Shown here in pieces: positions 46,544 through 56,905 of a stretch of DNA of 64,000 nucleotides. The position numbers and the translations under genes are program-made. Within the stretch, counting starts at the first letter, position 1. Every line of letters starts with the position of its first letter. Origin of the DNA: an uncultured Acidimicrobiia bacterium (GTDB taxonomy: Bacteria; Actinomycetota; Acidimicrobiia; UBA2766); contig CAYJLW010000013.1 of NCBI GenBank assembly GCA_964370965.1, positions 5,696 to 69,695 on the forward strand. The letters are read 5' to 3'. The notes under the pieces were generated by a model. That model did no database searches, was not told the DNA's origin, and saw only the letters and a program-made list of their open reading frames with translations.

Positions 46544-47650
46544 GTGACCCCCGACACCGTACGGGCGATGGTGCTGGAGGCCCCCCGGCGCCTCGTCGCG
46601 CGGGACTTCCCGGTGCCCTCCCTCGGTGACGACGACGGCCTCCTGCGGGTCGAGGCGTGTGGCCTCTGCGGCACGGACCATGAGCAGTACACGGGGGCCC
46701 TCGCCGTCGGGTTCGCGTTCGTGCCCGGCCACGAGACGGTGGGAGTCCTGGTCGCGGCCGGCCCCGCGGCAGCACGGCGATGGGGCGTCGAGGTCGGAGA
46801 CCGGGTCGCCGTGGAGGTGTTCCAGTCCTGCCGTGCGTGCGAGCGGTGCCAGATCGGCGAGTACAACCGCTGCCCGGCGCACGGCCTCGCCGACATGTAC
46901 GGATTCGTCGACGCCGCTCGGGCGCCGGGCCTCTGGGGCGGCTACGCGCAGTACCAGTACCTCGCCCCGGACACGATGCTGCACAGGGTGCCCGACGGCC
47001 TCGACCCGGCCCTCGCCACGCTCTTCAACCCGTTGGGGGCCGGGATCCGTTGGGGTGTCACGCTGCCCGCCACGAGGCCCGGCGACGTCGTCGCCGTGCT
47101 CGGCCCGGGCGTTCGCGGCCTCTCTGTCGTGGCCGCCGTGCGAGAGGCCGGAGCCGGCTTCGTCGTCGTAACCGGCAGTGGCGAGCCTGACCGGCCCCGC
47201 CTCGGGCAGGCCGGCGCTTTCGGCGCCGACCTCACCCTCGACGTGGCGACGACCGACCCCGTCCGGGCCCTGAAGGACGCCTCTGGCGGCCTCGCCGACG
47301 TGGTGGTCGACGTGACCGCCAACGCGCCCGATGCCTTCGCCCAGGGCGTCGCTCTCACGCGCCCGGGCGGCACGTTCGTCGTCGCCGGCACCCGTGGGGC
47401 CCGCGGCGCTCCGGGCTTTCAGCCGGACACGGTGGTCCGCAGGGAGATCCGCATCCTGGGAGCGCTCGGCGTCGACGCCCCGGCGTACAGGGACGCTCTC
47501 GGAGTACTCGCCGGCGGCAGGTACCCCTTCGCCCAGTTGCCGCGGACAGTCGTTGGTCTCGACGGCGTCGCCGGGCTCCTGCGCGACATGGCCGGCGAGG
47601 GCAGCGGCGCCCCGCCGCTGCACGGGGTCGTGGCACCCCAACCGCCGTGA
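46544..47650 (+). CDS. zinc-dependent alcohol dehydrogenase (MDR family)
   Basis: CGLCGTDHE and GHETVG catalytic-zinc blocks, CRACERC structural-zinc block, GPGVRG Rossmann motif. Start is GTG at 46544 or ATG at 46568. Confidence 0.8.
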   Translation: MTPDTVRAMVLEAPRRLVARDFPVPSLGDDDGLLRVEACGLCGTDHEQYTGALAVGFAFVPGHETVGVLVAAGPAAARRWGVEVGDRVAVEVFQSCRACERCQIGEYNRCPAHGLADMYGFVDAARAPGLWGGYAQYQYLAPDTMLHRVPDGLDPALATLFNPLGAGIRWGVTLPATRPGDVVAVLGPGVRGLSVVAAVREAGAGFVVVTGSGEPDRPRLGQAGAFGADLTLDVATTDPVRALKDASGGLADVVVDVTANAPDAFAQGVALTRPGGTFVVAGTRGARGAPGFQPDTVVRREIRILGALGVDAPAYRDALGVLAGGRYPFAQLPRTVVGLDGVAGLLRDMAGEGSGAPPLHGVVAPQPP

Positions 47651-47662
47651 GTTGCCCGTGGT

Positions 47663-48331
47663 TCAGCCGATCGCCGGGCTCGCGCCGGTGGTGCCGGTGA
47701 GGCCCGCCGGGCAGGCCACGCCGGTACCGCCGGCCCCGCAGTGGCCCGCGGGGTTCTTCGCCAGGTACTGCTGGTGTGAGGCCTCCGCGTAGAAGAACGG
47801 GGGTGCCGCACGGATCTCGGTGGTGATCTCCCCGAATCCCGCGGCCGCGAGCACTCCCTGGTAGGCCTCCCGCGACGCCTCCGCTTCGAGGAGTTGGCCC
47901 TGGGACGTGCAGTACACGGCGCTGCGGTACTGCGTGCCGACGTCGTTTCCCTGGCGCATCCCCTGCGTGGGGTCGTGGGCCTCCCAGAAGAGGCGGAGCA
48001 GGTCTCCGTAGCCGGTGGCCGCCGGGTCGTACACGACGAGGACGACCTCCGCGTGGCCGCTGAGGCCGGTGCAGACCTCGTCGTAGTCCGGGTTCAGCGT
48101 GTACCCGCCGGCGTAGCCCACGGCCGTCGTGTAGACCCCCGGCGCCTCCCAGAAGAGACGCTCGGCGCCCCAGAAGCACCCCATCCCGAACACGGCGACC
48201 TCGGTGCCTTCCGGGAACGGGGGAAGCATCGGGTGGCCGTTCACATGGTGCTCGGGGGGCACCGGCATCGGCGCGGCCCGCCCCGGGGGGGCTTCGCTAA
48301 CCGATGGCATCCTCGTGTAGCGCCTGTTCAC
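47663..48331 (-). CDS. msrA: peptide methionine sulfoxide reductase MsrA
   Basis: GCFWG active-site motif. GTG at 48331 behind GGGAGGG. Confidence 0.85.
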   Translation of the reverse strand: MNRRYTRMPSVSEAPPGRAAPMPVPPEHHVNGHPMLPPFPEGTEVAVFGMGCFWGAERLFWEAPGVYTTAVGYAGGYTLNPDYDEVCTGLSGHAEVVLVVYDPAATGYGDLLRLFWEAHDPTQGMRQGNDVGTQYRSAVYCTSQGQLLEAEASREAYQGVLAAAGFGEITTEIRAAPPFFYAEASHQQYLAKNPAGHCGAGGTGVACPAGLTGTTGASPAIG

Positions 48332-48567
48332 GGAATCGTGTCCCTCCCGCGCGTGCGCGTTCCCCAGAATCTACGGCGATGAGACCACGTCGTGGCGGCA
48401 GTCCTCCCGGCGCATGAACCCGGCGATCCCGTTCATGACGTAGTGGTGTGTGGGCTCAGGCGGGGACGGCACGACACGGCGGTCGACGAAGAACGTGTTC
48501 GCTCCCGGGCCGCCGCCCGCCTTCTCATCGGCACCTCGGGCCGGACTGAACCCGGGCGGCTCAACCG

Positions 48568-48588
48568 ACATGGCAATCCTGTATTCGG
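48568..48588. promoter_or_regulatory. AT-rich repeat CTGTATTCGGTTGTATTACAG (TGTATT direct repeat within a CTGTA/TACAG inverted repeat) upstream of the BrnTA-like module
   Basis: Seen directly in the sequence. Lies in the low-GC leader 20 bp upstream of the toxin-gene start. Confidence 0.35.
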
Positions 48589-48606
48589 TTGTATTACAGT
48601 GGCAAG

Positions 48607-48913
48607 GTGGCTGAGCGGTTCGAACTCGAGGCGTTGGACGACGACGACCCGTTCGAGATCGATCGACAGTACGACACACCTGTTCAAGCATGCGGGCCTC
48701 GGCATTGACGACGTCTACGACGTGTGGCAATCCGACCCTCTCTTCTACCCGGCAAAGCCGCCGGCGCACTGGCTCATGGTGAGCGACGTCGCGGGCGACA
48801 TTCTCGTCGTGCCACTCGCCCCGTCCGATACCGCCCACCCAGCCAAGTGCCGTCCAATCGGGTGCTATGTCGCATCGGCGCACCTCGCCGCCCTCTACCG
48901 GAAGGACCAATGA
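48607..48913 (+). pseudogene. BrnT-like (DUF497) toxin, frameshifted
   Basis: Frame 1 from GTG at 48607 gives VAERFELEALDDDDPFEIDRQYDTPVQACGPRH*, an FEWD-like N-terminus. Frame 2 continues HLFKHAGLGIDDVYDVWQSDPLFYP...ILVVPL...CRPIGCYVASAHLAALY, which parallels BrnT N..KHGVSFEEA..VF.DP ... IRIISAR.A. Stop forms an ATGA overlap with the antitoxin start. Confidence 0.45.
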
Positions 48914-49143
48914 AGGATCACATGTCTCGCGAAGAGGAATACGAGTTCTACGCCCGGCCGGAGAACCAAGAGCCCCAGGGGCCCGCCCGCCGCCGGAAGC
49001 CGAAGCTGACCGAGATGGTGCCGGTGCGCTTCCCAACAGACACCCTCGAAGAAGTCCGACGGCGAGCCGGCGACGACGACCGGTCGGTCTCGAGCTGGAT
49101 CCGGCGTGCCGTCGAGGAAGCGCTGCACCGCCAAGCAGGGTGA
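48910..49143 (+). CDS. BrnA-like RHH/CopG-family antitoxin
   Basis: MKDHMSREEEYEFYARPENQEP...LTEMVPVRFPTDTLEEVRRRAGDDDRSVSSWIRRAVEEAL has a C-terminal RHH signature. Confidence 0.55.
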   Translation: MKDHMSREEEYEFYARPENQEPQGPARRRKPKLTEMVPVRFPTDTLEEVRRRAGDDDRSVSSWIRRAVEEALHRQAG

Positions 49144-49342
49144 CACACCCCTCGCTGGTCTTCACACGGATGTTCCTCACACCCGATCCGGTCGCGTGGC
49201 CGCGACCCGTTGCAGGAGCTCCGCCTGCCCCCGCGGGAGCCGAACGGTGTTCGCGTGCAGGACGTAACGTCTGCGTTCCATCCTGCACGCGATCAGCCCC
49301 CAACCTGACCCGGATGCCAGCGGGATCAACCCTGACGAGCTG

Positions 49343-49750
49343 TTGATCGGCTTGCCCGAGGTCAACGTCCGAGGGGTGCACGACGAGCCCGGCGGGCCGC
49401 TGCGGGTCCATGTTGAGTCCCGGCTCGATCAGGGCTGGTGCCGCGAGTGCGGGGCCCGCGCTGCGATCAAGGACCGGTCGGCGGTCGAGTTCGTAGACTT
49501 GCCGCGCTTCGGGCGGCCGACCCGGCTGGTGTGGCACAAGCAGCGGTGGCGCTGCCGCGAACCGGCGTGTCCGGCGGGGTCCTGGACGATCCTCGACGAG
49601 CGGATCGCCGGGGCGCGGGCCGCGTTGACGAACCGGGCCGGGCGGTGGGCGACGGTCCAAGTCGGCCGGTTGGGCCGCTCGGTGAACGAGGTCGCCGGCG
49701 AGCTGAGCTGTGACTGGCACACCGTGAACGACGCGGTGATCGCCTCATCA
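49343..49750 (+). mobile_element. ISL3-family transposase N-terminal fragment (IS remnant)
   Basis: zf-ISL3 region CRECGARAAIKDRSAVEFVDLPRFGRPTRLVWHKQRWRCREPACP followed by an HTH block (GRSVNEVAGELSCDWHTVNDAV). Sense breaks after about 135 aa, with no DDE domain. An 11-bp-stem inverted repeat lies at 49252-49291 upstream. Confidence 0.6.
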
Positions 49751-51373
49751 GGCGTCTTCCCAGCGCATCCGCTCGGCCGCCTCCACGGCGGCGAGCACGC
49801 CGCGGGCCTTGTTGCGGGTCTCCTTGTACTCGAGCTCCGGCACCGAGTCCGCCACCACACCGCCGGCGGCCTGGACGTGTGCGACGCCGTCCTTGATGAC
49901 AGCCGTCCGCAACGTGATCGCGAGGTCCATGCTCCCGGAGAAGTCCACGTAGCCCATCACGCCGGCATACGGGCCCCGCTGCGTGGGTTCGAGCTCGTCG
50001 ATGATCTCCATGGCGCGCACCTTGGGGGCGCCCGTCACCGTGCCGGCGGGGAACGTCGCGCGGAACACGTCCACGGGCCTGACGCCGGGGCGGGTCCGGC
50101 AGTCGACGGACGACACGATGTGCATCACGTGGCTGTAGCGCTCGACCACCATGAGCTCCCCGACATGCACGGTGCCGAAGGCCCCGACGCGCCCGAGGTC
50201 GTTGCGGGCGAGGTCGACGAGCATGACGTGCTCGGCCCGCTCCTTCGGGTCCCCGAGGAGCTCGCCTGCCAGGGCGGCGTCCTCCTCGTCCGTGCGCCCC
50301 CGCCGTCGCGTACCGGCCAGGGGCCGCGCGTGGACACGGCCGTCCGAGAAGCGCACGAGCTCCTCGGGCGACGCCGACACGATCGTGACCTCAGGGTGGC
50401 GGATGAAGCTCATGTACGGCGACGGGCTCACAAGGCGCAGCGCCCGGTGCACGGCGAAGGGATCGACGGTGAGCGGGCGACTGAAGCGCTGGCTCACCTG
50501 CACCTGGAAGACGTCCCCCGCCAGGATGTACTCCTTGGCCGCCTCCACCGCCGCGCAGAAGTCCGACTTCGTGCGGTTCGACCGGGCGTCGGGCACTTCC
50601 GCAGGGAAGTGCGGCGCCACGGGCGGGTAGACGGCGGGCACCCGCAGCTCCGCCCGGAGACGCTCGAGCTCGTCGAGGCCGTCGTTGTAGCGGCGCCTGA
50701 GCTCGCCCACGTCCCCCCGGCCGTCGAGGTCGTCGAGGTAGACGTTGCGGATGAGGACGAGGCGCTGGCGGAAGTGGTCGAAAGCCACCACCGTGCCCGT
50801 GGCCGCCAGGAGCACGTCGGGCACCCCGAGGTGGTCCGGGTTCGAGACCGGCACACGGGGCTCGATGAAACGCACGGTCTCGTATCCCCAGTAGCCCACG
50901 AGACCCGAATGCAGCGGCGGGAGACCGTCGAGACGGGGCGCACGGTAGCGCTCCAGGAGGGATTCGATCATCACCAGCGGGTCGCCGCCGACGGTTCCCG
51001 CGGGCGCCTCGCCCTCCCAAGTCACCGTGTCCCCTTTGGACTTCATGACGAGGTGCGGGTCTCGCCCGAGGAACGAGAACCGGCCCCAGCGCTCGCCCCG
51101 GATCACGGACTCCAGGAGGAAGCTCCGCTCGTCGCCGAGCTTCAGGAAGGCGGAGACGGGCGTCTCCACGTCGGCGAGCACCTCGCACCACACGGGCACG
51201 ACCGTGTAGTCCGCGGCCAGGCTGGCGAACGTGCCGAAATCCGGCAGGACGACGGTTCCGGCGGGGTCCTCGGCCTCGGGACCGGGGCCCACGCCCGTGA
51301 GCTCGCTCACGGCACGGCCGGAGCGGGGCTGGGCGACTGCCCCGTGCCGCTGCCGAAGCGCCGGTAGAAGCAC
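49748..51373 (-). CDS. trpE: anthranilate synthase component I
   Basis: Chorismate-binding C-terminal blocks ([32 protein letters not shown]). Start is ATG at 51373 or GTG at 51320; both overlap the hisI end. Confidence 0.75.
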   Translation of the reverse strand: MLLPALRQRHGAVAQPRSGRAVSELTGVGPGPEAEDPAGTVVLPDFGTFASLAADYTVVPVWCEVLADVETPVSAFLKLGDERSFLLESVIRGERWGRFSFLGRDPHLVMKSKGDTVTWEGEAPAGTVGGDPLVMIESLLERYRAPRLDGLPPLHSGLVGYWGYETVRFIEPRVPVSNPDHLGVPDVLLAATGTVVAFDHFRQRLVLIRNVYLDDLDGRGDVGELRRRYNDGLDELERLRAELRVPAVYPPVAPHFPAEVPDARSNRTKSDFCAAVEAAKEYILAGDVFQVQVSQRFSRPLTVDPFAVHRALRLVSPSPYMSFIRHPEVTIVSASPEELVRFSDGRVHARPLAGTRRRGRTDEEDAALAGELLGDPKERAEHVMLVDLARNDLGRVGAFGTVHVGELMVVERYSHVMHIVSSVDCRTRPGVRPVDVFRATFPAGTVTGAPKVRAMEIIDELEPTQRGPYAGVMGYVDFSGSMDLAITLRTAVIKDGVAHVQAAGGVVADSVPELEYKETRNKARGVLAAVEAAERMRWEDA

Positions 51374-51687
51374 GACCGCTCCCCGGTGTGGCAGGCGGCC
51401 CCGTGCTGGCGCACGACCACGAGCAGGCAGTCGACGTCGCAGTCGTAGCGCACCTCCACCACCTCCTGGTAGTTCCCGGACGTGGCGCCCTTCACCCAGT
51501 ACTCCTGGCGGCTCCGGCTCCAGTAGCAGGTGCGTCCGGAGTCGAGAGTGCGCGCCAAGGCCTCCGCGTCCATGTAGGCGACCATGAGAACCTCGAGGGT
51601 GTCGACGTCCTGCACGACCGCGGTGACAAGGCCGGCGCCGTCGAAGCGGACGGCGGCGATCTCTTCGGCAACGACCGGGATGCTCAT
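51307..51687 (-). CDS. hisI: phosphoribosyl-AMP cyclohydrolase
   Basis: 126 aa. HisI zinc-binding C...C region ([10 protein letters not shown]). Confidence 0.85.
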   Translation of the reverse strand: MSIPVVAEEIAAVRFDGAGLVTAVVQDVDTLEVLMVAYMDAEALARTLDSGRTCYWSRSRQEYWVKGATSGNYQEVVEVRYDCDVDCLLVVVRQHGAACHTGERSCFYRRFGSGTGQSPSPAPAVP

Positions 51688-51735
51688 CGGCCGGTCATGG
51701 TAGGCGCTGCGTAACTCGCTCCCCCCGGAAATCCC

Positions 51736-52509
51736 TCAGGCCCGGGGGAGGCGCACGGTGACACCCGCGGCGGCGAGGGCCTCCTTGGCCTCGCGGATCG
51801 TGTGTTGGCCGTAGTGGAAGACGGAGGCCGCGAGGACGGCGTCCGCGCGACCCGCCACGACGCCCTCCACGAGGTGATCAAGGGCGCCGACCCCGCCGGA
51901 CGCCACGATGGGAACGTCGACCGCCCGCCGCACGGCCCGCAGGAGACCGATGTCGTAGCCGTCCCTCGTGCCGTCCCGGTCCATCGACGTGAGAAGGATC
52001 TCCCCCGCCCCGAGCTCCACGACGGTCTCGGCCCACACCGCCACGTCCAGACCGGTGGGGGTGCGCCCCCCGTGCGTCCAGACCCGCCAGGAGTCCCCCG
52101 CCCGGCGGGCGTCGACGGCGACGACGACGCACTGCGCCCCGAAGGCGTCGGAGGCCTCCGCGACAAGGCGGGGGCTCTCGACGGCGGCGGTGTTGATCGA
52201 CACCTTGTCCGCCCCCGCCCGCAAGAGGCGCCGGACGTCGTCGACGGAGCGCACCCCGCCGCCCACGGTGAGGGGGATGAACACCTCGCCCGCCGTCTCC
52301 TCGACGACGTGGTAGAGCGTCTCGCGCTCCTCGTGGCTCGCCGTGATGTCGAGGAAGACGAGCTCGTCGGCGCCCTCGGCGTCGTAACGGGCGGCGAGCT
52401 CCACGGGATCCCCCGCGTCGCGGATCTCGACGAACTGCACGCCCTTGACGACGCGGCCGGCGTCGACGTCCAGGCAGGGGATGACACGGGTGGCCAGGGA
52501 CGACTTCAC
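51736..52509 (-). CDS. hisF: imidazole glycerol phosphate synthase cyclase subunit
   Basis: [16 protein letters not shown]...SGGVG (beta/alpha)8 HisF blocks. GTG start forms a GTGA overlap with the hisA stop. Confidence 0.9.
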   Translation of the reverse strand: MKSSLATRVIPCLDVDAGRVVKGVQFVEIRDAGDPVELAARYDAEGADELVFLDITASHEERETLYHVVEETAGEVFIPLTVGGGVRSVDDVRRLLRAGADKVSINTAAVESPRLVAEASDAFGAQCVVVAVDARRAGDSWRVWTHGGRTPTGLDVAVWAETVVELGAGEILLTSMDRDGTRDGYDIGLLRAVRRAVDVPIVASGGVGALDHLVEGVVAGRADAVLAASVFHYGQHTIREAKEALAAAGVTVRLPRA

Positions 52510-53267
52510 GCCGCACCCGCCCCGGCGCCGTCCGGGGCGCCCCCGATGGCAGCGAGCGCCTCGCCCACCCCGAACCGGTCCTCGTAGATCGCCTTGCCCA
52601 CGACGGCGCCCCCGAGACGCCGCCCGGCGACCTCCAGGCGGGCCAGCACCCGGAGATCCTCCAGGCAGGACACCCCGCCGGACGCGAGCACGGGCACGTC
52701 CACCCGGGCGAGAAGGCGGGCGAGGCCGGCGTGGTCAGGGCCGGCGAGCATGCCGTCCCGGCCGACCTCCGTGGCCAGCAGGGCGGCCACCCCGAGGCCG
52801 GCGAGGCGTCCGGCGAGCTCCTCCGGGGTCACGTCACCCGCCCGCCGCCAACCGTCGACGGCCACCTGGCCCTCACGGGCGTCCACGGCGGCGGCGACAC
52901 GCCCCGGGTGACGGCCGGCGAGGCGCTCCACGAGGCCGGGGTCGGCCACAGCCGCCGTTCCCAGGACGACCCGCGCACAGCCGGCGGCGAGAGCGGCCTC
53001 GGCGCTCGCTTCGTCCCGGAGGCCACCCCCGGTCTGCACGCTCACGTCAACGGTGGAGGCGATCGCCGCCACGACGTCGTGGTTGTCCCGCCCGGTCCCC
53101 AGGGCGCCGTCGAGGTCGACGACATGGATCCAGCGGGCGCCCGCTGCCGCGAAGCGTTCCGCCCGACCGACCGGGTCGTAGTCGTAAACCGTGACGTCGT
53201 CGGGGTTGCCCTGCAGGAGACGCACGCAACGGCCCCCCAACAGATCGATCGCCGGATACAGGTCCAT
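52506..53267 (-). CDS. hisA: phosphoribosyl isomerase HisA/PriA
   Basis: [15 protein letters not shown]...SGGV blocks. In Actinobacteria this enzyme is usually the bifunctional PriA. Confidence 0.85.
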   Translation of the reverse strand: MDLYPAIDLLGGRCVRLLQGNPDDVTVYDYDPVGRAERFAAAGARWIHVVDLDGALGTGRDNHDVVAAIASTVDVSVQTGGGLRDEASAEAALAAGCARVVLGTAAVADPGLVERLAGRHPGRVAAAVDAREGQVAVDGWRRAGDVTPEELAGRLAGLGVAALLATEVGRDGMLAGPDHAGLARLLARVDVPVLASGGVSCLEDLRVLARLEVAGRRLGGAVVGKAIYEDRFGVGEALAAIGGAPDGAGAGAA

Positions 53268-53269
53268 GC

Positions 53270-53947
53270 TCAAGCCTCCCCCGCCTCACGCTCCGCACGG
53301 GCGCCGAGGCAGAGACCGAGGAAGTTCTCCCAGATCCGCAGGCCGTCGCCGGAGGACTTCTCGGGGTGGAACTGCACCGCCCACGTCCTGCCCTGTTCCA
53401 GAGCGCCCACGAAGACCGGCCCGTACTCCGCCAGCGCCTCCTCGGCCCCGGTGCCGGGAACGACCCCGTAGGAGTGGCAGAAGTAGAAGCGGGTGGACGG
53501 ATGGACGCCGGCGAAGAGCCTGCCACCGGTCTTCCAGGTGAGCTGATCCCAGCCCATGTGGGGAACCGACAGGCCGCCCCCTCCGACCTTCACACAGTTC
53601 CCGGCCACGATGCCGAGACCGATTGCCCCCCCCTCGTCGGAGCTCTCGGCAAGGATCTGCATCCCCACGCAGATACCGAGGAAGGGCCGGTCCCGCTGGC
53701 ACCACTCCATCACGACGTGGTCCAGCTCGGCCTCACGGAGGTTCTCCACACAGCGGTCGAAGTGCCCCTGGCCGGGGAGGACGAGGCCGTCGAAGGCCTG
53801 CGGGTCGAAGCCGTCGCCGTGGGAGACGAGGGCAGTGACCGCGCCCGCCTTCTCCGCGGCCCGCGACACCGAACGCAGGTTGCCCATCCCGTAGTCGCAG
53901 ATCGCCAAACGGGCGGGGCGCTGTTCCCCGCGCGGAGGGCCGTTCAC
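53270..53947 (-). CDS. hisH: imidazole glycerol phosphate synthase glutamine amidotransferase subunit
   Basis: ICDYGMGNL N-terminus, catalytic GICVGMQ, and C-terminal HPEKS. Confidence 0.9.
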   Translation of the reverse strand: MNGPPRGEQRPARLAICDYGMGNLRSVSRAAEKAGAVTALVSHGDGFDPQAFDGLVLPGQGHFDRCVENLREAELDHVVMEWCQRDRPFLGICVGMQILAESSDEGGAIGLGIVAGNCVKVGGGGLSVPHMGWDQLTWKTGGRLFAGVHPSTRFYFCHSYGVVPGTGAEEALAEYGPVFVGALEQGRTWAVQFHPEKSSGDGLRIWENFLGLCLGARAEREAGEA

Positions 53948-54534
53948 GCCAGCATGCCCTTCGTCGACGGCACTGCGCCCCCCCGGCGGGGATCCGGGGT
54001 GAGGGCGTCAGAGAGCGCCCGGGCGATGCCCTTGAACGCCACCTCGCAGACGTGGTGCGGGTTGCGGCCCGTCTCGGAACGTACGTGCAGCGTGATCCCG
54101 GCGTCGGTCACGAAGGCGCGCAGGAACTCCTCGAGGAGCTGCGGGTCGAACTCGAGGATGCGTTCGCCGCCGGTGTCCACCTCGTAAAGGAGGTAAGGCC
54201 GCCCCGAGAGGTCGAGCGCCACCGTGGCCCGGGCCTCGTCGAGGACCGTGGTGGCCCAGCCGAAGCGGCGCAGCCCACCACGGTCGCCCACGGCCGCCCG
54301 GAAGGCCCGCCCCAGGGTGATGCCCACGTCCTCCACCGTGTGGTGGTGGTCGACATCGAGGTCGCCGGTGGCCGCCACGGCGAGACCGAGGCCGCCGTGG
54401 CGCCCGAGCTGGGCGAGCATGTGGTCGAAGAAGGGCATCCCGGTCTCCACGGTGACCTCGCCCCCGTCGAGGTCGAGCTCGACGGCGACATCGGTCTCGC
54501 CCGTGGTGCGCCGCTCGGACGACTTCCGGCTCAC
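53944..54534 (-). CDS. hisB: imidazoleglycerol-phosphate dehydratase
   Basis: RTTGETDV...FFDHMLAQLGRHG...DVDHHHTVEDVGI motifs. GTG start forms a GTGA overlap with the hisC stop. Confidence 0.85.
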   Translation of the reverse strand: MSRKSSERRTTGETDVAVELDLDGGEVTVETGMPFFDHMLAQLGRHGGLGLAVAATGDLDVDHHHTVEDVGITLGRAFRAAVGDRGGLRRFGWATTVLDEARATVALDLSGRPYLLYEVDTGGERILEFDPQLLEEFLRAFVTDAGITLHVRSETGRNPHHVCEVAFKGIARALSDALTPDPRRGGAVPSTKGMLA

Positions 54535-55604
54535 GTGCCCACGTCCGCCAGGGCTGCCGCGAGGGCGTCGAGGAACATCTCGTTCTCCTCCGGGGTGCCG
54601 ACATTCACCCGGAGGCAGTTCGGTGTCTCCGGGTTCCCGGCGAAGTCTCGCACGAGGACGCCGCGATCGAGGAGACCCTGCCACACGACCTCGGCGTCGC
54701 CGGCGGGGCGGAAGAGCACGAAGTTCGCCTCCGACGGCCAGGCCCGCACGCCGGGCAGTGCGGCGAGGCCCTCCTCGATGCGGCGGCGGCCGGCGACGAG
54801 CGCGTCCACCCGGGCCCGCATCTCGTCCGGGTAGCGCAGGGCGAGGACGCCCGCCGCCTGCGCCACGGCGTCGACGTGGTAGGGCAGGTGCGCCGGCTCG
54901 AGGAGGTCGACGATCCCGGGTGCGGCCACCACGTAGCCGATGCGGAGGCCGGCGAGGGACCATGCCTTGGAGAGGGTGCGCACGACGGCGAGGTTGGCGC
55001 GCCGGCCCACCCAGCCCACGACGCTCTCTCCGGCGAACTCGGCGTAGGCCTCGTCGACGACCACGAGGGCGTCGGGGGCGGCATCGAGGGCCGCCGCCAC
55101 GGCGTCGAAGCGCTCGGCGTTCCCGGTGGGGTTGTTCGGGTGGCAGAAGAACACGACGTCAGGACGGTGCGCGGCGAGGGCGTCGCTCACGTCTCCGGGA
55201 CCGACACGGAAGTCGGCGTCACGCGGAGCGCGCACGACCGTCGTGCCCGTCATCTCTGCGATGTGCGTGTGGAGCGCGTACGTGGGCGTGAAGACCAATG
55301 CCCGGCGTCCGGGGCCCCCGAAGGCGAGCAAGAGCGTGAGGAGCACCTCGTTGGACCCGTGCCCGGCGAAGACCGCCCCGGCGTCCACCCCGCAGTACCC
55401 GGCGAGCTCCTCGCGCAGCGCCGCCGCCGCCCGGTCGGGGTAGCGGTTGAGGGGCAGCTTCTCCACGGCCGCGGCGAGCTCGACCATGAACCCGGGGGGC
55501 GGCGGGTAGGGGCTCTCGTTGGTGTTAAGGCGTGCGGCGACGTCCACTTGCGGGGAGTGGTAGCCCGCCATGACGGCGAGGTCGGCGCGGAGTCGCGGGG
55601 GCAT
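54531..55604 (-). CDS. hisC: histidinol-phosphate aminotransferase
   Basis: Class-II aminotransferase with a PLP-lysine block TLSKAWSLAGLRIGY. ATGA overlap with the hisD stop. Confidence 0.85.
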   Translation of the reverse strand: MPPRLRADLAVMAGYHSPQVDVAARLNTNESPYPPPPGFMVELAAAVEKLPLNRYPDRAAAALREELAGYCGVDAGAVFAGHGSNEVLLTLLLAFGGPGRRALVFTPTYALHTHIAEMTGTTVVRAPRDADFRVGPGDVSDALAAHRPDVVFFCHPNNPTGNAERFDAVAAALDAAPDALVVVDEAYAEFAGESVVGWVGRRANLAVVRTLSKAWSLAGLRIGYVVAAPGIVDLLEPAHLPYHVDAVAQAAGVLALRYPDEMRARVDALVAGRRRIEEGLAALPGVRAWPSEANFVLFRPAGDAEVVWQGLLDRGVLVRDFAGNPETPNCLRVNVGTPEENEMFLDALAAALADVGT

Positions 55605-56905
55605 CAGGCTCCACCCCCCGGGTCTCCGAGTCGCGCTCGGACCGCCTCGGCGTGCGCGGGGAGGCCCTCGGCGTCGGCGAGCGCCGCCGCCGTGGCGCCG
55701 AGGTCCGCGAGGGCGGCGGGGCCGGGGCAGGTCACGACGTGGATCGACTTGCGGAAGTCCGCCACCCGGAGAGCGGAGGCGAAGCGTGCCGTGCCCCCCG
55801 TGGGGAGGACGTGGGACGGCCCCGCCACGTAGTCACCGAGGGTCACGGGGGTCCAGTACCCGCAGAAGACGGCACCGGCGTTGCGCACTCCGGCCAGGAG
55901 GGCGCCGGGGTCCGCGACCATGAGCTGCAGGTGTTCGGCGGCGGCGGCGTTGGCCACCTCCAAGGCCTGCTCGGGCCCCTCGCAGAGGACGAGCCGGCCG
56001 CCGGCCCGGAGGCTCTCCGCGATGAGGCCACCCCTGGGCGCAGCGGCCACGACGAGCTCCAGCTCCGCCTGGACGGCGGCGGCGAGGTCGTCGGACCACG
56101 TGACGAGGAGGGTGAAGCCGCCGGGGCCGTGCTCGGCCTGGGCGACGAGGTCGAGGGCGAGGGGACGCACGGGGGCGCCGGCGTCGGCGACGACCACGCA
56201 CTCGCTGGGCCCGGCCAGGGACTCCACCCCCACGTCACGGGACACCTCGGCCTTGGCGAGGGCGACGTACACGTTTCCGGGCCCGCAGACGACGTCCACG
56301 GGCCGGATCGTCGCCGTGCCGTAGGCGAGAGCGGCGATCGCCTGGGCGCCCCCGACCCGGTAGACCTCGGTGAGGCCGAGCATGTAGGCGGCGGCCGCGC
56401 TCACCTGCGGGATCGACCCGTCGGGACCTGCCGGGGTGGCGAGGACGACCTCGGCGACCCCGGCGACCTGGGCGGGGACGGCGGTCATGAGGATCGTGGA
56501 CGGGTACGCTGCCCGGCCGCCGGGCACGTACACGCCCGCCCGGGCGACGGGAACGTCGATCTCGTTCACGGTGATGCCGTCGGCTTCGAAGACCCGCGGG
56601 CAGTCGGGGGATTCGTGGTACGCGCGGACGCGGGCGGCGGCACGTTCGAGGGCGAGACGGAGCGCTGGATCCGTGGCCTCCCATGCCCCCGCGAGTTCGT
56701 CGGCGGTCACGCGGAGCTGCCCCGGTGTGAGGGCGACGCCGTCGAAACGCTCGGTGAGCTCGCAGAGGGCGACGTCGCCTCGGGCCCTGACGTCGCCGAC
56801 GATGGCGCGCACCGCCTCGAGCGGCCGGTCCCCCGCCGGGGACGGTCGGGCGACGGCCGCGGCGAAACCACCGGGGTCCGTGCGGAGATCGGTCAGGGCG
56901 AGCAT
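55604..56905 (-). CDS. hisD: histidinol dehydrogenase
   Basis: 433 aa from ATG at 56905. HisD blocks (AGPSECVVVAD, QAEHGPGG). Confidence 0.9.
   Translation of the reverse strand: MLALTDLRTDPGGFAAAVARPSPAGDRPLEAVRAIVGDVRARGDVALCELTERFDGVALTPGQLRVTADELAGAWEATDPALRLALERAAARVRAYHESPDCPRVFEADGITVNEIDVPVARAGVYVPGGRAAYPSTILMTAVPAQVAGVAEVVLATPAGPDGSIPQVSAAAAYMLGLTEVYRVGGAQAIAALAYGTATIRPVDVVCGPGNVYVALAKAEVSRDVGVESLAGPSECVVVADAGAPVRPLALDLVAQAEHGPGGFTLLVTWSDDLAAAVQAELELVVAAAPRGGLIAESLRAGGRLVLCEGPEQALEVANAAAAEHLQLMVADPGALLAGVRNAGAVFCGYWTPVTLGDYVAGPSHVLPTGGTARFASALRVADFRKSIHVVTCPGPAALADLGATAAALADAEGLPAHAEAVRARLGDPGGGA

Noticed and set aside
48371-48560. 63-aa minus-strand ORF (MSVEPPGFSPARGADEK...) divergent from the BrnT-like gene
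   Set aside because: No motif, low complexity, and it overlaps the AT-rich leader/operator of the toxin-antitoxin module. Kept as non-coding.
49751-51367. Continuation of the 674-aa plus-strand ORF beyond the transposase-like N-terminus
   Set aside because: Sense is lost after about 135 aa ([14 protein letters not shown]...). The rest is antisense of trpE.
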